From the NCBI GenBank assembly GCA_036172245.1, contig JAYWIR010000059.1, forward strand, positions 496,001 to 560,000: a stretch of 64,000 nucleotides of DNA, in the 5' to 3' direction. The notes under the pieces are model-generated. The model ran no database searches. It had not been told where the DNA came from and was given only the letters and a program-made list of their open reading frames with translations. This stretch comes from Raillietiella orientalis. Taxonomy: Eukaryota. How positions within the stretch are numbered: the stretch's first letter is position 1; every line of letters starts with the position of its first letter. Shown here piece by piece: positions 51,997 to 64,000 of this stretch. The position numbers and the translations under genes were made by a program.

Positions 51997-54614
51997 GCTT
52001 ATTCTACAGTAGCCGAACATGTAATCTGCATTGTACGAATCTACGAACCCTGCGGGTTGTACATAGATTGTGTGATAGTATTTGTTAAAGATATGAAATG
52101 CATCTTAAAACTTAGAACAGCTAAAATATGTATTACTTTTTACTTGAAAGCGAAAGGAAAAACTGAAACTGCTTATTTTCCGTGCAATTTGAAGTAGGGA
52201 AAAAAAAAGGATTTTGAAGTTTAGTCAGAATTCTACGGTTTCGGCTCCATCGTTCTCGTTGTTCAAAAATGTTTCTTTTCGTGTCACTTCATCCACAACG
52301 AACAAAATGGAATTCAAACCACTGGAACTATGTGCTCCTATTCTTCTCAAGAGTACCTGAACTGACACCTCCATTGATATTTATCTTCAGAGCCGTACGG
52401 GTCTGATTTACCATGTTATCCGAGGACGATTGCCATGTTTTTCGTCTCTTCAACACGAATCCACGTTGCTGCTGTACTTCTTGCTCGCAGCCCCATAGGT
52501 TCGTAGGCAAGAGTCTCCCTGTTTTTCCTAGGAAAGCAAAGCAAGGAATGAATATGTGTATCATGAATCTTTGATTTTGCTCCTGAAATCTGAATTCAGC
52601 TGCGTACTATATCATGTGTCGAAACACGCCTTTCAGGACTGGCAGAATGAGGAACTTGGGTCTGCGGATGCAATTAAATGGGAAGCATGCTCGTCCTCTC
52701 ATTGGTCAACCTTGTGGAATCCAATTTTCCTAAAAAGCGAAGCTCCAGATTCAGCAACAGTTGCTCACAATGTGTTTTTTGCCCATTTTTTTTCTCTTTT
52801 CAGGTTTTCATTAGTTAATTACATTTGCAAATTGTTCCTCCATCTGCGTTTGCTGTGCTTCGATGTTAGTAGGATTCACATAGCAACCGAATACAGTTCT
52901 CCAGTGCCTATTGTGGCTTTGAAAAGATGGATGAACTTATCATGTTCGTTTCCGGATTATCATATGCTGTTCGGTAGTGTTGAGTCAACAGTGATCACTC
53001 CAGAGCAAGATATACGAAGATATACGACAACAAATCTATTGTAATTGTTCTTTTATAAGATTGGCATCCGAAAGTTCGGGGCACTAAAATCGTTTTTACG
53101 ACCTCTAATTTGCTTCCGGGAAAGGAGAAAGGAAGAACAGCTTCCAATTTTGATCTATTCCTTCTACTTTCCAAACTCAAGAGGCATTTTCCATTTTATT
53201 CCCTGAGTATTCTCAGTTAGGAACAGGTCTGGACTGTGTTTATGCTCGGAAATTCAATAATCTCTCATTGGTAAAGGAAAACATGTGTTTACTCGACTGC
53301 ACTGTGGATCCTTGATCCAGCAAACAGAGTTATTATCACTAAATAAATTAAAGCGAAAAATAAATAAATATATAGCGAAGCGGAACGAAGGAACAGTTCC
53401 AAATGCCTTGCCGGCATGCTTCCAAAATGTTTCCCTATTGCAAGTGCGGCTTTTCATCCTGGTTGTTTTCGAATTATCATTTTAGTTACTCTTAAAAAGT
53501 ATTTTCGAAGAATTTTCCATCTCGACACGGTCTGCGGGAATTTCAGAAATTATTCTATGGAAGCCACTCTGAGATGTACCGTTGACGAGTTGCACACTGC
53601 TCCGTACGAAGGCTTTCTTTCTGCAGCTCACTTCAAGTTCCCATAGCTGCTCGGATTCAAAGTACAGAAAAATGACAAATTTTAAGGGACACATTACCAT
53701 AAAGTGAATGTGGCTGGCAATAGAAATGTCCTTATGGATGAGGGCTAAATTTTTTGTCACTGTTAGGGAAGATCCCACGATCTTTTCATCTTCGCTTTCC
53801 AGATCTCCTTACTTAATAATCAAGGACCGAACAAATACCGAGCAGGAACTATGTAGATCAATTAGGGGAAAATCGCTTTTGTATGAATACATTCTATTCA
53901 CAATTGTTCTGCTATCTACAGAATATGTAATTATCGTATACACTGCATCCGCACTCCTTTAGTCTCTCCATAGTTCTCCTCTCCCTTCAGTCTCCCCAAT
54001 CCTGCAAATTTAAGAGTGAAATTTTGAACGAAGAGAAATTGAAACAGTTTTGAATGTAGAAGAATCATCTATTTTTTCATTTTCTATGCTTAAGGAGAAG
54101 TTTGACTGAACGATGTCATTTGCGTTTTCAAGTGCGTCAATAGTGCATGGTTAGACTTATTGAATTTAAAGCTTTCTGTTTCCATGGACTCGACTACCCG
54201 ACACCGACAGTTTCATAGGGGACGGTTCCACGTATATTATTAACGTCGTGAATTATCATTATCAGTAAACTACCGTTATCAGAGTGCACCGTGACCATTT
54301 AGCTGGAGTGAGTCCGAATTGGAAAGAGCTGAATTGCAGCGATTTGTCAGCTGCATGTTGCTGTAATCGAGAAGACATTCCAACTTGGTTTATCTGCATG
54401 GCATGCTTGTCGAATTAAACGATTCTAGTATAGACAACAGAAGACTCAACAGTGGCGAGAGCATGTGGATGTACTCAGAGTAGCGATCCTTGAGACGTTG
54501 GATGTTTTAAACCAAGAACCGCACCTCTGGAAACCATCTGCTACTGGAACTCTTAAGAAGGTTTGTCGCAAGCCCTCTGCCCCTCAGTTGTATAGAATTT
54601 AAGTGGCCTAAGCA

Positions 54615-54773
54615 ATGAATAAAAGGACGTTATTAAAATTAAGCAATGGATTAAAGGTTGAACTACCCATATTAAATGGAACAATAGGTCCTGATGTATT
54701 AAATATGAAGGATTTGTACAAGACAACAGGGCTATTTACTTATGATCCATGGATCGTTTCCGCAGCTCCGTGA
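54615..54773 (+). pseudogene. gltA: Truncated bacterial (Wolbachia/Anaplasmataceae-like) citrate synthase N-terminus; probable endosymbiont-to-nucleus transfer
   Basis: MNKRTLLKLSNGLKVELPILNGTIGPDVLNMKDLYKTTGLFTYDPWIVSAAP* matches the type II citrate synthase N-terminus (ELPILxGTxGPDV...GxFTYDPGFxSTA). About 30% GC by manual count (41/135 over 54615-54749). Confidence 0.88.
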
Positions 54774-56257
54774 TTTTGTCGCACTTTGTCGCACAAGCAG
54801 TCGTCGAAGAGGCGAGGGAGTCCACTTCACCTCGAAGGCCATACAGGCTCGTTCTCCCCTTCCGAGACTCCTTCTGGCTTCTGTAGTAGACGGAGCTGTA
54901 GCTTCGGTTCAGAAATACTTGGCTCTCCGCTAGAAGATCCGCCTGCTTATCAGCTCCTTTGCAGGGTATCAAGCTTCTGAAGTTTCTCAACAAAATCAGC
55001 GACGGAAGAAACAAGCTTGTCAGGGATCAGGAACTATTGGTGAACGATTGGAATTAATGTTGATTATCCGGAACACCATTCTGCCCTGTGATTTCCTTTA
55101 TTCCTTCCAGCTCCTAAATGAAAAGAAATGACTCGGAGTTTTTTCCATCAAATGAGAAAGGACTTGATGATGAAAAGCTGAAGATCGACCAGTTTCGCAG
55201 CTACGATTATCTAGAAAATTTAGAGTTGCTCTCATTGTTCGTCCTCACGCTTGCCCCTATAGATGCGTTCTGCGCAACGTGGAGACGAAAGCATCTTCTC
55301 CAAGCGGCTTTCCACGTGCCACTAAGGTTCTGGGTTTTCCTGAGACGAGCGAGCTTTTCGTAGTTTTACAACCTTCCTTTTTTTGTGAGTTGATGCAGTT
55401 TCCTCACACTTTTCGCCCCTGGAGCAAGCATCTTCCCGGATGGGAGGCGTGTCCCCCCCTGTAAAATAGGGTAAAGGAAGCGAGGAGGAAATGGAAATGA
55501 GAATCTTTCTCCTCCAAATGCAGACGTCGTAGTCAGCGCAGCCGGAGATCGGAGCTTCGAGTGGGAACGCTGAAATCTCTTCTGGTCTTGAATTTAGACA
55601 CACGGTTCTACAGTCACGACAACACGGTTCAGTGAAAGTTACGTGATCTCAGTTCTTCGATAGATAAGAGGATTCATGCATCGGAGTAGGTGAAGTTTTC
55701 AGTAAACCAACTTTCCCAACTGTTGGGCTCCCCGTAGAAGAACACCACACCCTCTCAACTCCAGAACTCAACATCTTACCGTACTCTTGATGTTTTCCTG
55801 GCTCCTCTTAAACTTTGTGCACTTTTTGAGATCTTCTTCGAAAGAGGAAAACTGAGAGAATTCGTTGTGGCTGTGGATACAACAGTGATTGCTTTGGTGC
55901 CCATGCTGGATTCAGTTCATTAAATACTTCTCAGACTACCATCATCTGGAGACAAAAGTAGAACGGAAAGGGAATCTTGAAAATGAAAAGGAGTGTGCTT
56001 TCAATCTTTCGTCTACACAAATTTACCTGAAGTGCTATTGTTTTTCCATGCAAAAATACGGGCCATGCTTTTGGCTGTCTTCAGGATTGCATCAAAGGTT
56101 TCTAAGATTACAAACTAAGAAGTTTGCTACTGCCACGAGAACGCTGATCTTATTTGTGACTGCGTCAGTATTCTTGTGGTTGCCGTTTTCTGAACTGATG
56201 AGTAAGGGAAGTAAATATAACTTTCCGATGCATGGCTCGAGAGTAATATGATGAAAA

Positions 56258-56335
56258 TTCAGTGTTATTCATCTGTTCATTCAGTGTTATTCAGTGTTAT
56301 TTTTATTGAACAAGAATATTTCTTGTTCAATAAAA
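56258..56335. repeat. Tandem TTCAGTGTTA units followed by a perfect 16-bp-arm hairpin (56301-56335)
   Basis: TTTTATTGAACAAGAA TAT TTCTTGTTCAATAAAA. Confidence 0.9.
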
Positions 56336-57284
56336 GAACTGATCCGAAAGTTATTTGATTGTAAAAATAACGAATGTAGCCAAGAAAAGTTTAACTTAGC
56401 AATAGTATTAGACAGAATCCATGAAACCAGTCTTCCCAATCACTGAAACAGTTTCACGCCTGAGATCAACCTTTGAGAGAGTGTGATCTGCGATGGGATT
56501 TCTTTCTGCTATGAACATCTCTTAGAATCTGTGCTACTCGTTTAGAATCTTTATACTCTCATTTAGAAGGATTTGATGTTTTGGCTGAAACCGCAGAAAG
56601 AATATTTCCTCAGATACATAAAGTGAAGTGCATTCCCCAATTAATTGCTCTGTCATGAACAGAACCATAAGGGTCACGTGGTTTCTTAAGAACAGCAAGC
56701 GCCTATCTAAACTTTGAAGACTCGGCTCTGCAAACTTTTAATGTCGGGAACCTTATTCAAAAATGGCGACGGAGCACACATACTAATGTCTTGCAGTCCT
56801 TTACATCTTCTGCAAACAGATCAAATTTAGACGCACAACATGAAAAATAAAAGTAATAAAGATCCTTGATACATGTTAAGCGAAAAGTCACTGAATCCTA
56901 GTCTTGGAAACAGAATTGCAGTAGACCCTCGCATAATGCGACGAAAAAATTGAGACGTCCCTTGAATAAGGCGGTAAATCAGCTGTGAATAAATTTTGAT
57001 TTTGGGATATGGTGCCTGCTGTTTTTTTTTTTTGAATAAAAAAAACATAGCAAATGATTTAAGTTGTTGGAGTTCAAGAATGAGAATGATAGAGTTGAAA
57101 CTATGAAAGTGTTTAAATTGACAAAGTATCAACAAGACTAAAAGTTCTTTTTTTTTTTTAATGTAAGTTAAATAATAAATAGATTTGTTATTTCTTTGTT
57201 TAAAGAAAAATAATAGATATTCCACTGTCAGGACGTTTAAGATACATTCTTATCTTTACTATCATATTATCCATGTATAAGCCA

Positions 57285-57600
57285 ATAGTACTCGTATAAC
57301 GCGGAACGCATCCTTCTCATTCCAAAGGCTTACTCTATCTTCCATTTTTCACAAACAGGAACAAGGGACAATGTCTGTGCTGTAGTGTTTTCCACAATTT
57401 TCTAATAAAGGTTGTTGTTTGCATAAGGTAAACAGAGGAAATTCGCCTGCTCAGGTTTAGAATCAGCACCGTCGTCTCCATCATCTTTCATTCTTTTTCC
57501 AGGATTTTCTTGTATACTTCTAAGGCTTTTCTTTATTATTCTGTTGGAGATGACTGTGGAAATCTATCAAATATATCTAATGTTTTTTATGCTGGTAGCT
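57285..57600 (-). mobile_element. Possible pogo/Tigger 3' end remnant
   Basis: IIRKALEVYKKILEKE resembles Tigger C-termini. TIR-like TACTCGTATAACGCG at about 57289, with a related CAGTAGACCCTCGCATAATGCG at about 56919. Confidence 0.22.
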
Positions 57601-59399
57601 GTATCGAAAGGCGAGCACGGCAGATCATTTAAAGAAATGCTAGATGCTTATCGCGCAAAGGCATTTTCTAGTAGCTCATGTCACCATTGAGAGAATAATT
57701 ACTGCAATAAGGTATGATATATGCTCATAAATAAGATTCTTTATTGGTATCCTGTTGGGAGAATGTAGCCATGAAAAATGAAAGCTCTGGTCATATAACG
57801 TTGAGAGAAAGTGAATCAGTAGGATCTTCTGTCCTGAAACAAACATGCGATACTCTCTTATGTTTGATCCAAGAACAAATCCTGAAAAACTGGGGTGTTA
57901 TAACTCGAATGAAACAAATGACATTTGTGACAGCGAGTTTCTGCTTCCATCTTGCAAACTTTGGTTACTCGGGGCTTCCTACCGGATTTCGGCTTGAGTT
58001 TAGTTGTCAAGGTATCAATAGAGGTTCTTAGCGGCTCTTCTGAGTATCATGAATTCTTGAGGACGTTCGCTGAATGCAGCGAAATAACTCAAAACAAATG
58101 AGCATGAAACCAAATTTTGTTCCCTTCTCAGTTCTGTTTGTCGAGTACCCAACTGTACATTCTTGAGCCAACGAGATACCTTCAACTTGTAAAATATTTT
58201 AAGCCATCAGCTTTTGCTCTATGTTCTCTTTTTCTCAACCTTTCCTCAACATCCGGCAAATTCGAGTAACACAAAAGGACTACAGGGTTGGGTGACGGTT
58301 TTGAGGTTGCACAATTTGGGTTTCCGTAAGCGGCAGCCCGGATAAACAAGCCGTTAACCGAACGTAAGAAACGACAGCATTCGAAAAAGCCCTGCCAAAG
58401 AAAAGTGTGAAATGATGCATAGTTTCTTCTCTGGGGACAGCTTGAGCACTAAACTCATCCATGTTTCCTGCACATTCCGGAGCAAAGGTACGGGGAGAGG
58501 CTGTTTCCAACAAGTGTCGATACCTCTCTCTTAGCTCTTTCTATGTTCTTCGTTTCCAGGAAACGAGATTGCTGTCCATTAGAAGGTCCCTGGAAATTGG
58601 TTCTGGTCTCTACAGGAAACTGACCTGTCCGTTTTCTTGGATTTTTGGCCGTCTTTCTTCTCATTCTCATGCCATCTTCATATGTCCGACCTCACTCCAA
58701 AAAATTCGGACCACTCAAAAGATAGCAGTTTCGAAAAAAGGTGAAAGTCAAGTTACAGTCAACTAACTGTAATAGTTAAGATTGAATGAAAAAAATGTAA
58801 CGTCGATATTTCTTTCCTTTTATTTTCGTTTGACCACTCTTACGTAATAATGCACCCTTGCATGGACAGTTTGGAAATCAATAAATAGACAAATTCATCC
58901 TATGCATAACCTCTTCTTCCAAAGATCTTTCTTTCATCTTGAATCCTCGCACCGTTCTTCATTCAGTCGACTCATTATGTACGAACTCCGGCGACTGCAG
59001 TTTACCCATTTATTTGTTCCTTGTCATTGCAGTCTGCATACCAGAAAGCAAAAGAGTTGAACTCATTATTCCGTTCTGAGTCTTTGCTCCCTTTTTGATT
59101 GAGGGTCATCATTACCGTCTGCCGCAATGTGGACACTCTTTATTGGGAAGGACCTGCCAGCATATGCAAAGAAAAAAATACCAAAGCCAAACTCCGCTTT
59201 GGTTCCATTCGTTGCGCGTACAGAAGAAACACAGAACTCTCGAATTCTCGCTGAAGGGAAAATGTGCTTCCCAATTCCGTAACTGCTTTCTATTCAGTTG
59301 CCATGCACTTGAGGCTTGGGACGCTTCTTGGAGCACAGCAATAGCACCAATCAAAACACAGCTTCAGCGCCAAGTCCTCCGAGCAGCATCCAACGAAAG

Positions 59400-62300
59400 T
59401 GAGTCGAAAGACCAGCCAGACGGAAAATCTTCCTTCATTTTGTCGCTGAGCAGTCCACCGGCTCAAGGCAGTCCACCAGACGGCGGGACTCGGCTCCCAT
59501 TCCTAGCATCCTGGAAGCGACGTCGGACTGCCTCTCTACGCAAGTCCCAAGTCGCCGAGGGTGCAGGAAGGCAGCCATTCGGAATTTAAGAGAGTGGAGG
59601 AGGCATCGATGAGAAAGGGAAAATTCGGACCAGAAGTAGCCGCAACGAGCTGATCTGTTCCGAGTAGCGTGTTCCCCTCCATCATCCCTTCGAAACTACT
59701 CGGAAGAGTAATGATTGCTCAGCAACATCCAGGCACACAAGACGGCATCCCCATTCGATGCTCGCAACCCAGAGAACAGTCCCTACGGAAAGCGCAGGTC
59801 GCAGAAGGGATGCTCCCATCATCACCCATGCACGCAGTCAATCCGCATGCACAAGACCGGGAAGCGTTCGTTTCGCTCCAACTGCCCCAAACGGAATCTT
59901 CGGCGACCTGGAAAAACAGAGGGAGGACGCCGTTTCCAGGAAACCGACCGATTTTCGACTGACAGCGCGGAAAGGCATCTTCGCTCGATCCTGGACAGCA
60001 AGGCGACTCACCACTGAATTGTGCAAGTGCTCGGCTTATTCATTCTAGAAAATTCTACAGACCAATGCGGGACGGACGAGCCACATCCCGTCGCCCATTC
60101 GTCGGACCGCTCATCCAGGATGCACTCTTGGAGGTTCGGGGAAGTGCTGAATCCAGGACTGCCACAGACCGCCAGTGCAACGCTCTTCCGGGAGAATCCG
60201 ACGAAAACTCCAGAAGGGTGCAAGCCAAGTCCCCCTCCTTTCGGAAGGAAAGCAATGCTCTTCCGATAGAAGGGTGCTCCCATTGCAAGGCGACCCAAGA
60301 GAAAAGCAAGGAACGAAGGGTCGAGCCGAAGATGCAGCTGAGAAGATATCTTTGGTGGAAGAACGAACTTAGAAGGAGACGCCAACGTTCGGGGAAGTCT
60401 TGCTGCAGCCAAGCGCACGCCGAGGAGGCGGCAACAAGCCGGAAGGGAGCAAAGCAGCTACGTCAACCGCAGATACCCTGGACGCGTGCCGAGGGCGCGC
60501 GAGCGCACCTGCGATCGAAGGCCAAGACGAAATGAGGGTTGCACGCGACAAGAAGAGACTGCCAACACGCGGACGACCAAAGTTTCGACGACGGTTCGCT
60601 CGTAGACAAGCAACGCCACCGCATCCTTGGGTTCAGCGGAGACGCCACTTCCGGAAGCATCGAGCGGGGGCTCGACATCGCGCAAAAGCGCCCGCAGCTT
60701 CACGCCATCCGCATGGAGGTCAGCATTCTCCGCTACGTAAAGGGGTCCCTGTGGGTCTGCCACCCGAAAAGACGGATACTGGCCCGTTCGGCCCCCTCGC
60801 GACGAAGGGACACCAGTGCGCCCTCCTCTCCGATGCGCACCCGAAAGCCCGCTCAGGCGCGCCGACCGCCGCGCACCTCAAGCATCTGCTCTGGCCACGC
60901 GCCCCGAGCAACCGCCCTCCGCTTGCCGGCCCAGCATAGCGCCAACCTGCCACGTTCCTAAGACTTCGCTGGTTCTGCATGAATTCTCTCCTCCTCATGC
61001 CGTGCTGAAGCATTCCTCGCGACTCGGTAGCGCGTCGACGATTTCGGGAGGCATAGGAGGGATCGCGACGCAGAGCTGCCTCAGCCTAGTCAGCAGGGCG
61101 CGACCGGGGCGGCCACCATCCGCGATCGCCTCGCCAAGCAGCTCGTTGCTTCCGCGCCATCAGCGCCCCGGTGCGCGTTACGGGCTCCAGAAAAGCTACT
61201 GGAAAGGCAGCTTTCGGCCCCCAAGGCGCTTACGGCTCATGACGAACGCAGCGCAACGCGGCCGGGATGGTGTCCTCGGATTTTCGGAACATCCCCGGAA
61301 TAAGGCAACGCACGCCGCGACGCCTCCTGAGGCGCCACAGCAAGGCACCAGGCACTCGGCCTGCAGGGGAGACCAGCAGCACGTGTACCAGGATGCAACC
61401 CGCAACAAGCGTTCCCGATGCAGACTCCTGGAAATGCGCGCGCGCTGGACGACGAACACGGGCAGAGGGACAGCGGGAACACTTCCGCCTCTCCCACGTC
61501 GAGGAGCGACGTCAGCCGGTGGAGGAAGAAACCTGGACCAGTAGTGGCTTCCAGAAGTGGTCACGAAGTGGTGGTTCCTCCTCGCGCTGCGGATCCTCCG
61601 ACCTCCTACCGCCCGGAATTCCACGCGTGTCGAGTCTCCCACTCGCGAAGACCATCGTATCCGCAAGTGGAGAAATTCCGGGAAGACTGCAGTGCTGGGC
61701 GGTAGGTCGCTCAGCGTAGCGCACGGAGCAACGGGGGCTCCGCGGGAATCCGCCACATTCGCGAGCGCCCTTCTCCGGGAACATCCCCGCTGCCCCACGC
61801 GGCCATCAGTGCGGAAACACCCACTCCTCCCGCGCGCACATCGCCATCCCAGGTGGGCATCCCTTCCGCAGGCGTGCACGTCCAGGAGACACGACCGACG
61901 TCCTCTTCTCGAAGACGTACGCCTCCAATCGGAGGAGGCGCTCACAACCGCGGAAACCCCTGTTGGTCCCCCGGATCTCGCCTCTGCTGCCGGATGCGCA
62001 TCTTCCGCTTGGAAGGGCAGGTTGCAGCCACGCCTTCGGCGATCCAACGCTCCACGAGCCGCCATGCGACGACTTGCGTCCGCTCGACTTCCCGGTCGAA
62101 CCGCACATCCGCACGGAGGCCGTGCTGCCCTTGCCGACATCCGCGCAAGCGGGACGTGGGTGTTCCGCGAGCGTCTGGGACCCTTCGGCAAGTCGTGGCA
62201 ACAAGTTGCTACGACGACGGCAGCAGTCCGGAGAAGGGTCCGTGTGTCCTTCCCTTGCCGTCCAAGAGATCGTTCCGGCTGCAGGGCCAGGCCTGGAGCG

Positions 62301-63900
62301 ACCTTGGGGTCGACGGGAACGCTGACCGGCGCAGGCGCACGCTCAGTGTCGCTCCTCCGTCGGCACCTTGTTTCCGGTGCGCCTGCAGTGGCGCGCATAG
62401 CTCATCATCCCCAAACTGACGCTGCTGGTTGGCTGCGCCAGGCCCTGCGATCCGCCCTCGCGGCTCAGCCTGCAATCCGGATGGGCCCTGACCCGGCTTC
62501 GCCGCCTCCGTCGCCTGCGAACCGATTCCCCGAGGGCTCCTCCAGTCCAGGTGGCCACGCGTGGCAATATTCGCTCGCCGTGCCTCGCGTCACGACGCGT
62601 CTACGAGGCTCCGCCGACTTCATTCTGGCCGTCGTCAATGCGATCAACTCCGTCCAGGAGTCGGAAACGCCCAAGGCCTAGCCACGCGCTTCCCGGAGTT
62701 TCTCGCATTGGGACGCTGAGCCTGCAACAAATCAAATCTTTGCTGCCGCATTGACGGTGCGCTTGACTCCCTGACCTGCAGCGCCGCCCTGCCGCTTCTG
62801 TCGGGTGGGGCCGATCTCCAAAATTTTCCGGAGTCCGGGCAATCCATTCTGCCCGCTCTTGTTCCGCCCAGAAGAGGGGCGCCGTCCGAGGTCAAGATAG
62901 CCGCTGCTGTGAGAGGATGCACCGAAAGCGAGCGAGGTGGCGCTCGCTCGAGAACGCCATCCAGGATCTTCGGCGACGTGAGAAGTTCCATGGCAACGCC
63001 CCGCGACAAGAATGCCAGAGAGTCCCCTCCCTCCATTCCCACAGGAACCCACAGACGGACGGACGTGAACGCAAACTGCGGGCGGGCGCCCTCATTTCCG
63101 ACGTCGCTATCGCTGCGTGCAATTGGCCACCAGTTTGCGCGCTCACTCGGAATGAGGACTTTCGTTGGCGCTTCCGGAGACGCAGCGCTTCGGTGCCCAT
63201 CAGCAGCAGCCTCGAGGAGCCGCCAACTGAGTCATCGCGCCGTCCCATTCCATATCCGCTGCAGCTGCAACTCTTTCGCGCGAACTATTCGATCCTTTCT
63301 TCGTCGGGGAGCGGCTGCGCGGATGTCTCGACGTCTGCCACACCGCTGCCCGTGGGCCAGATTCGCCCGTGCAGTCGCCTCCTCCCGCTGAGGACGCCGG
63401 GCACGCGAGCATCCGCCGCTCGTCCCGACGAATCCACTCGTCCTCACGGGACGAAAGCGGCGGATGTCCACGCACCGCTCCCGGGTCCCTGGGCTTTCGA
63501 TCCACCGTGGAGGGAGCGTGCATCGACCTGCGCGATGCGCGGACCAAGGTCTTCTCTCGCGCTCGAGTAAGAAAACGGTCGTTTTCTGCGACAACCGTTC
63601 CCACTACCAGAAGAACGCAGCGGAATGCTCCCGTGCCTCGCGCGCGCGCTTCGCTTGCCAAATTCCGGGTGGGCAGGTGACTCTCCCGATTCGGTTTCGC
63701 TGCCTGAGAGCGCTCAGGAAAGCTGGTCGCCTCCGCAGCTTGCCCTTTGGCCGCGCGCCGTGCGCACGCCTTGAGGCTCCATCGATTCCTCCCGTCTCCA
63801 CTGCGCTTCCCGATGCACACGGCTCCACAAAGATTGGATGCTCACTGATGGGGCGGATGCAATTCGAGCTCCGCTTTTCGCCCACTTCCGCCGTGGGAAC
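59400..63900 (+). mobile_element. Long GC-rich degenerate Tx1/L1-clade LINE (possible ORF1 remnant plus frameshifted ORF2)
   Basis: WFCMNSLL (60970; WKLNxSLL-like), VVPPRAADPPTSYRP (D at 61592), RRARPGDTTDVLF (GVRQGxPLSPxLF-like), ASARL, SWQQV, SLLRRHLV, LAVPRVTTRL and DFRWRF occur in the order expected for Tx1 ORF2. Confidence 0.65.
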
Positions 63901-64000
63901 GCGCCTCGTTTCCTCGCGTCCGCCTTGCACGGGCGAGAAGAGATTTGGACGAGAACGCGCGGGCCTCTCGCAGGTCCGAAGAGGACGCAGCCAACCACCG

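Noticed and set aside
53482..53778. Helitron/PIF1 helicase hint (LVNGT)
   Set aside because: A single short motif without supporting neighbours.
54795..54850. Continuation of gltA (GEGV/LH resembling GDEGxLxHRG)
   Set aside because: Lies beyond the flanking repeat, is GC-rich and needs frameshifts; likely coincidence.
61196..62398. 400-aa minus-strand ORF
   Set aside because: Antisense shadow of the GC-rich Tx1-like remnant; Arg/Ala-rich with no motifs.

Overview
Eukaryotic, almost certainly arthropod (crustacean-like) nuclear DNA; no prokaryotic operons, rRNA, intact tRNA or CRISPR arrays were seen. The only intact host gene I can support is a five-exon, plus-strand Dpr-family gene (two Ig domains, hydrophobic GPI-type tail, about 290 aa) spanning 14524-33936, with a GC-rich 5' region and a 44-nt last intron. 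The rest is old, frameshifted transposon remnants recognised by eye from residual motifs: RTE, Jockey-like, I-group and Tx1/L1 LINEs, Gypsy-type integrases, hAT and pogo. The most notable observations are: (1) a roughly 200-bp, AT-rich insertion encoding the N-terminus of a Wolbachia-like citrate synthase (gltA) at about 54.6-54.8 kb, flanked by a 9-bp direct repeat; (2) a degenerate Transib-superfamily transposase at about 4.3-5.8 kb (minus strand) with several motifs resembling the RAG1 core; (3) a two-copy tRNA-headed SINE-like family with multiple B-boxes and an internal array of tetraloop hairpins; (4) an excess of short perfect inverted repeats. All homology calls are from memory and manual translation, not from database searches. 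TE boundaries are approximate.
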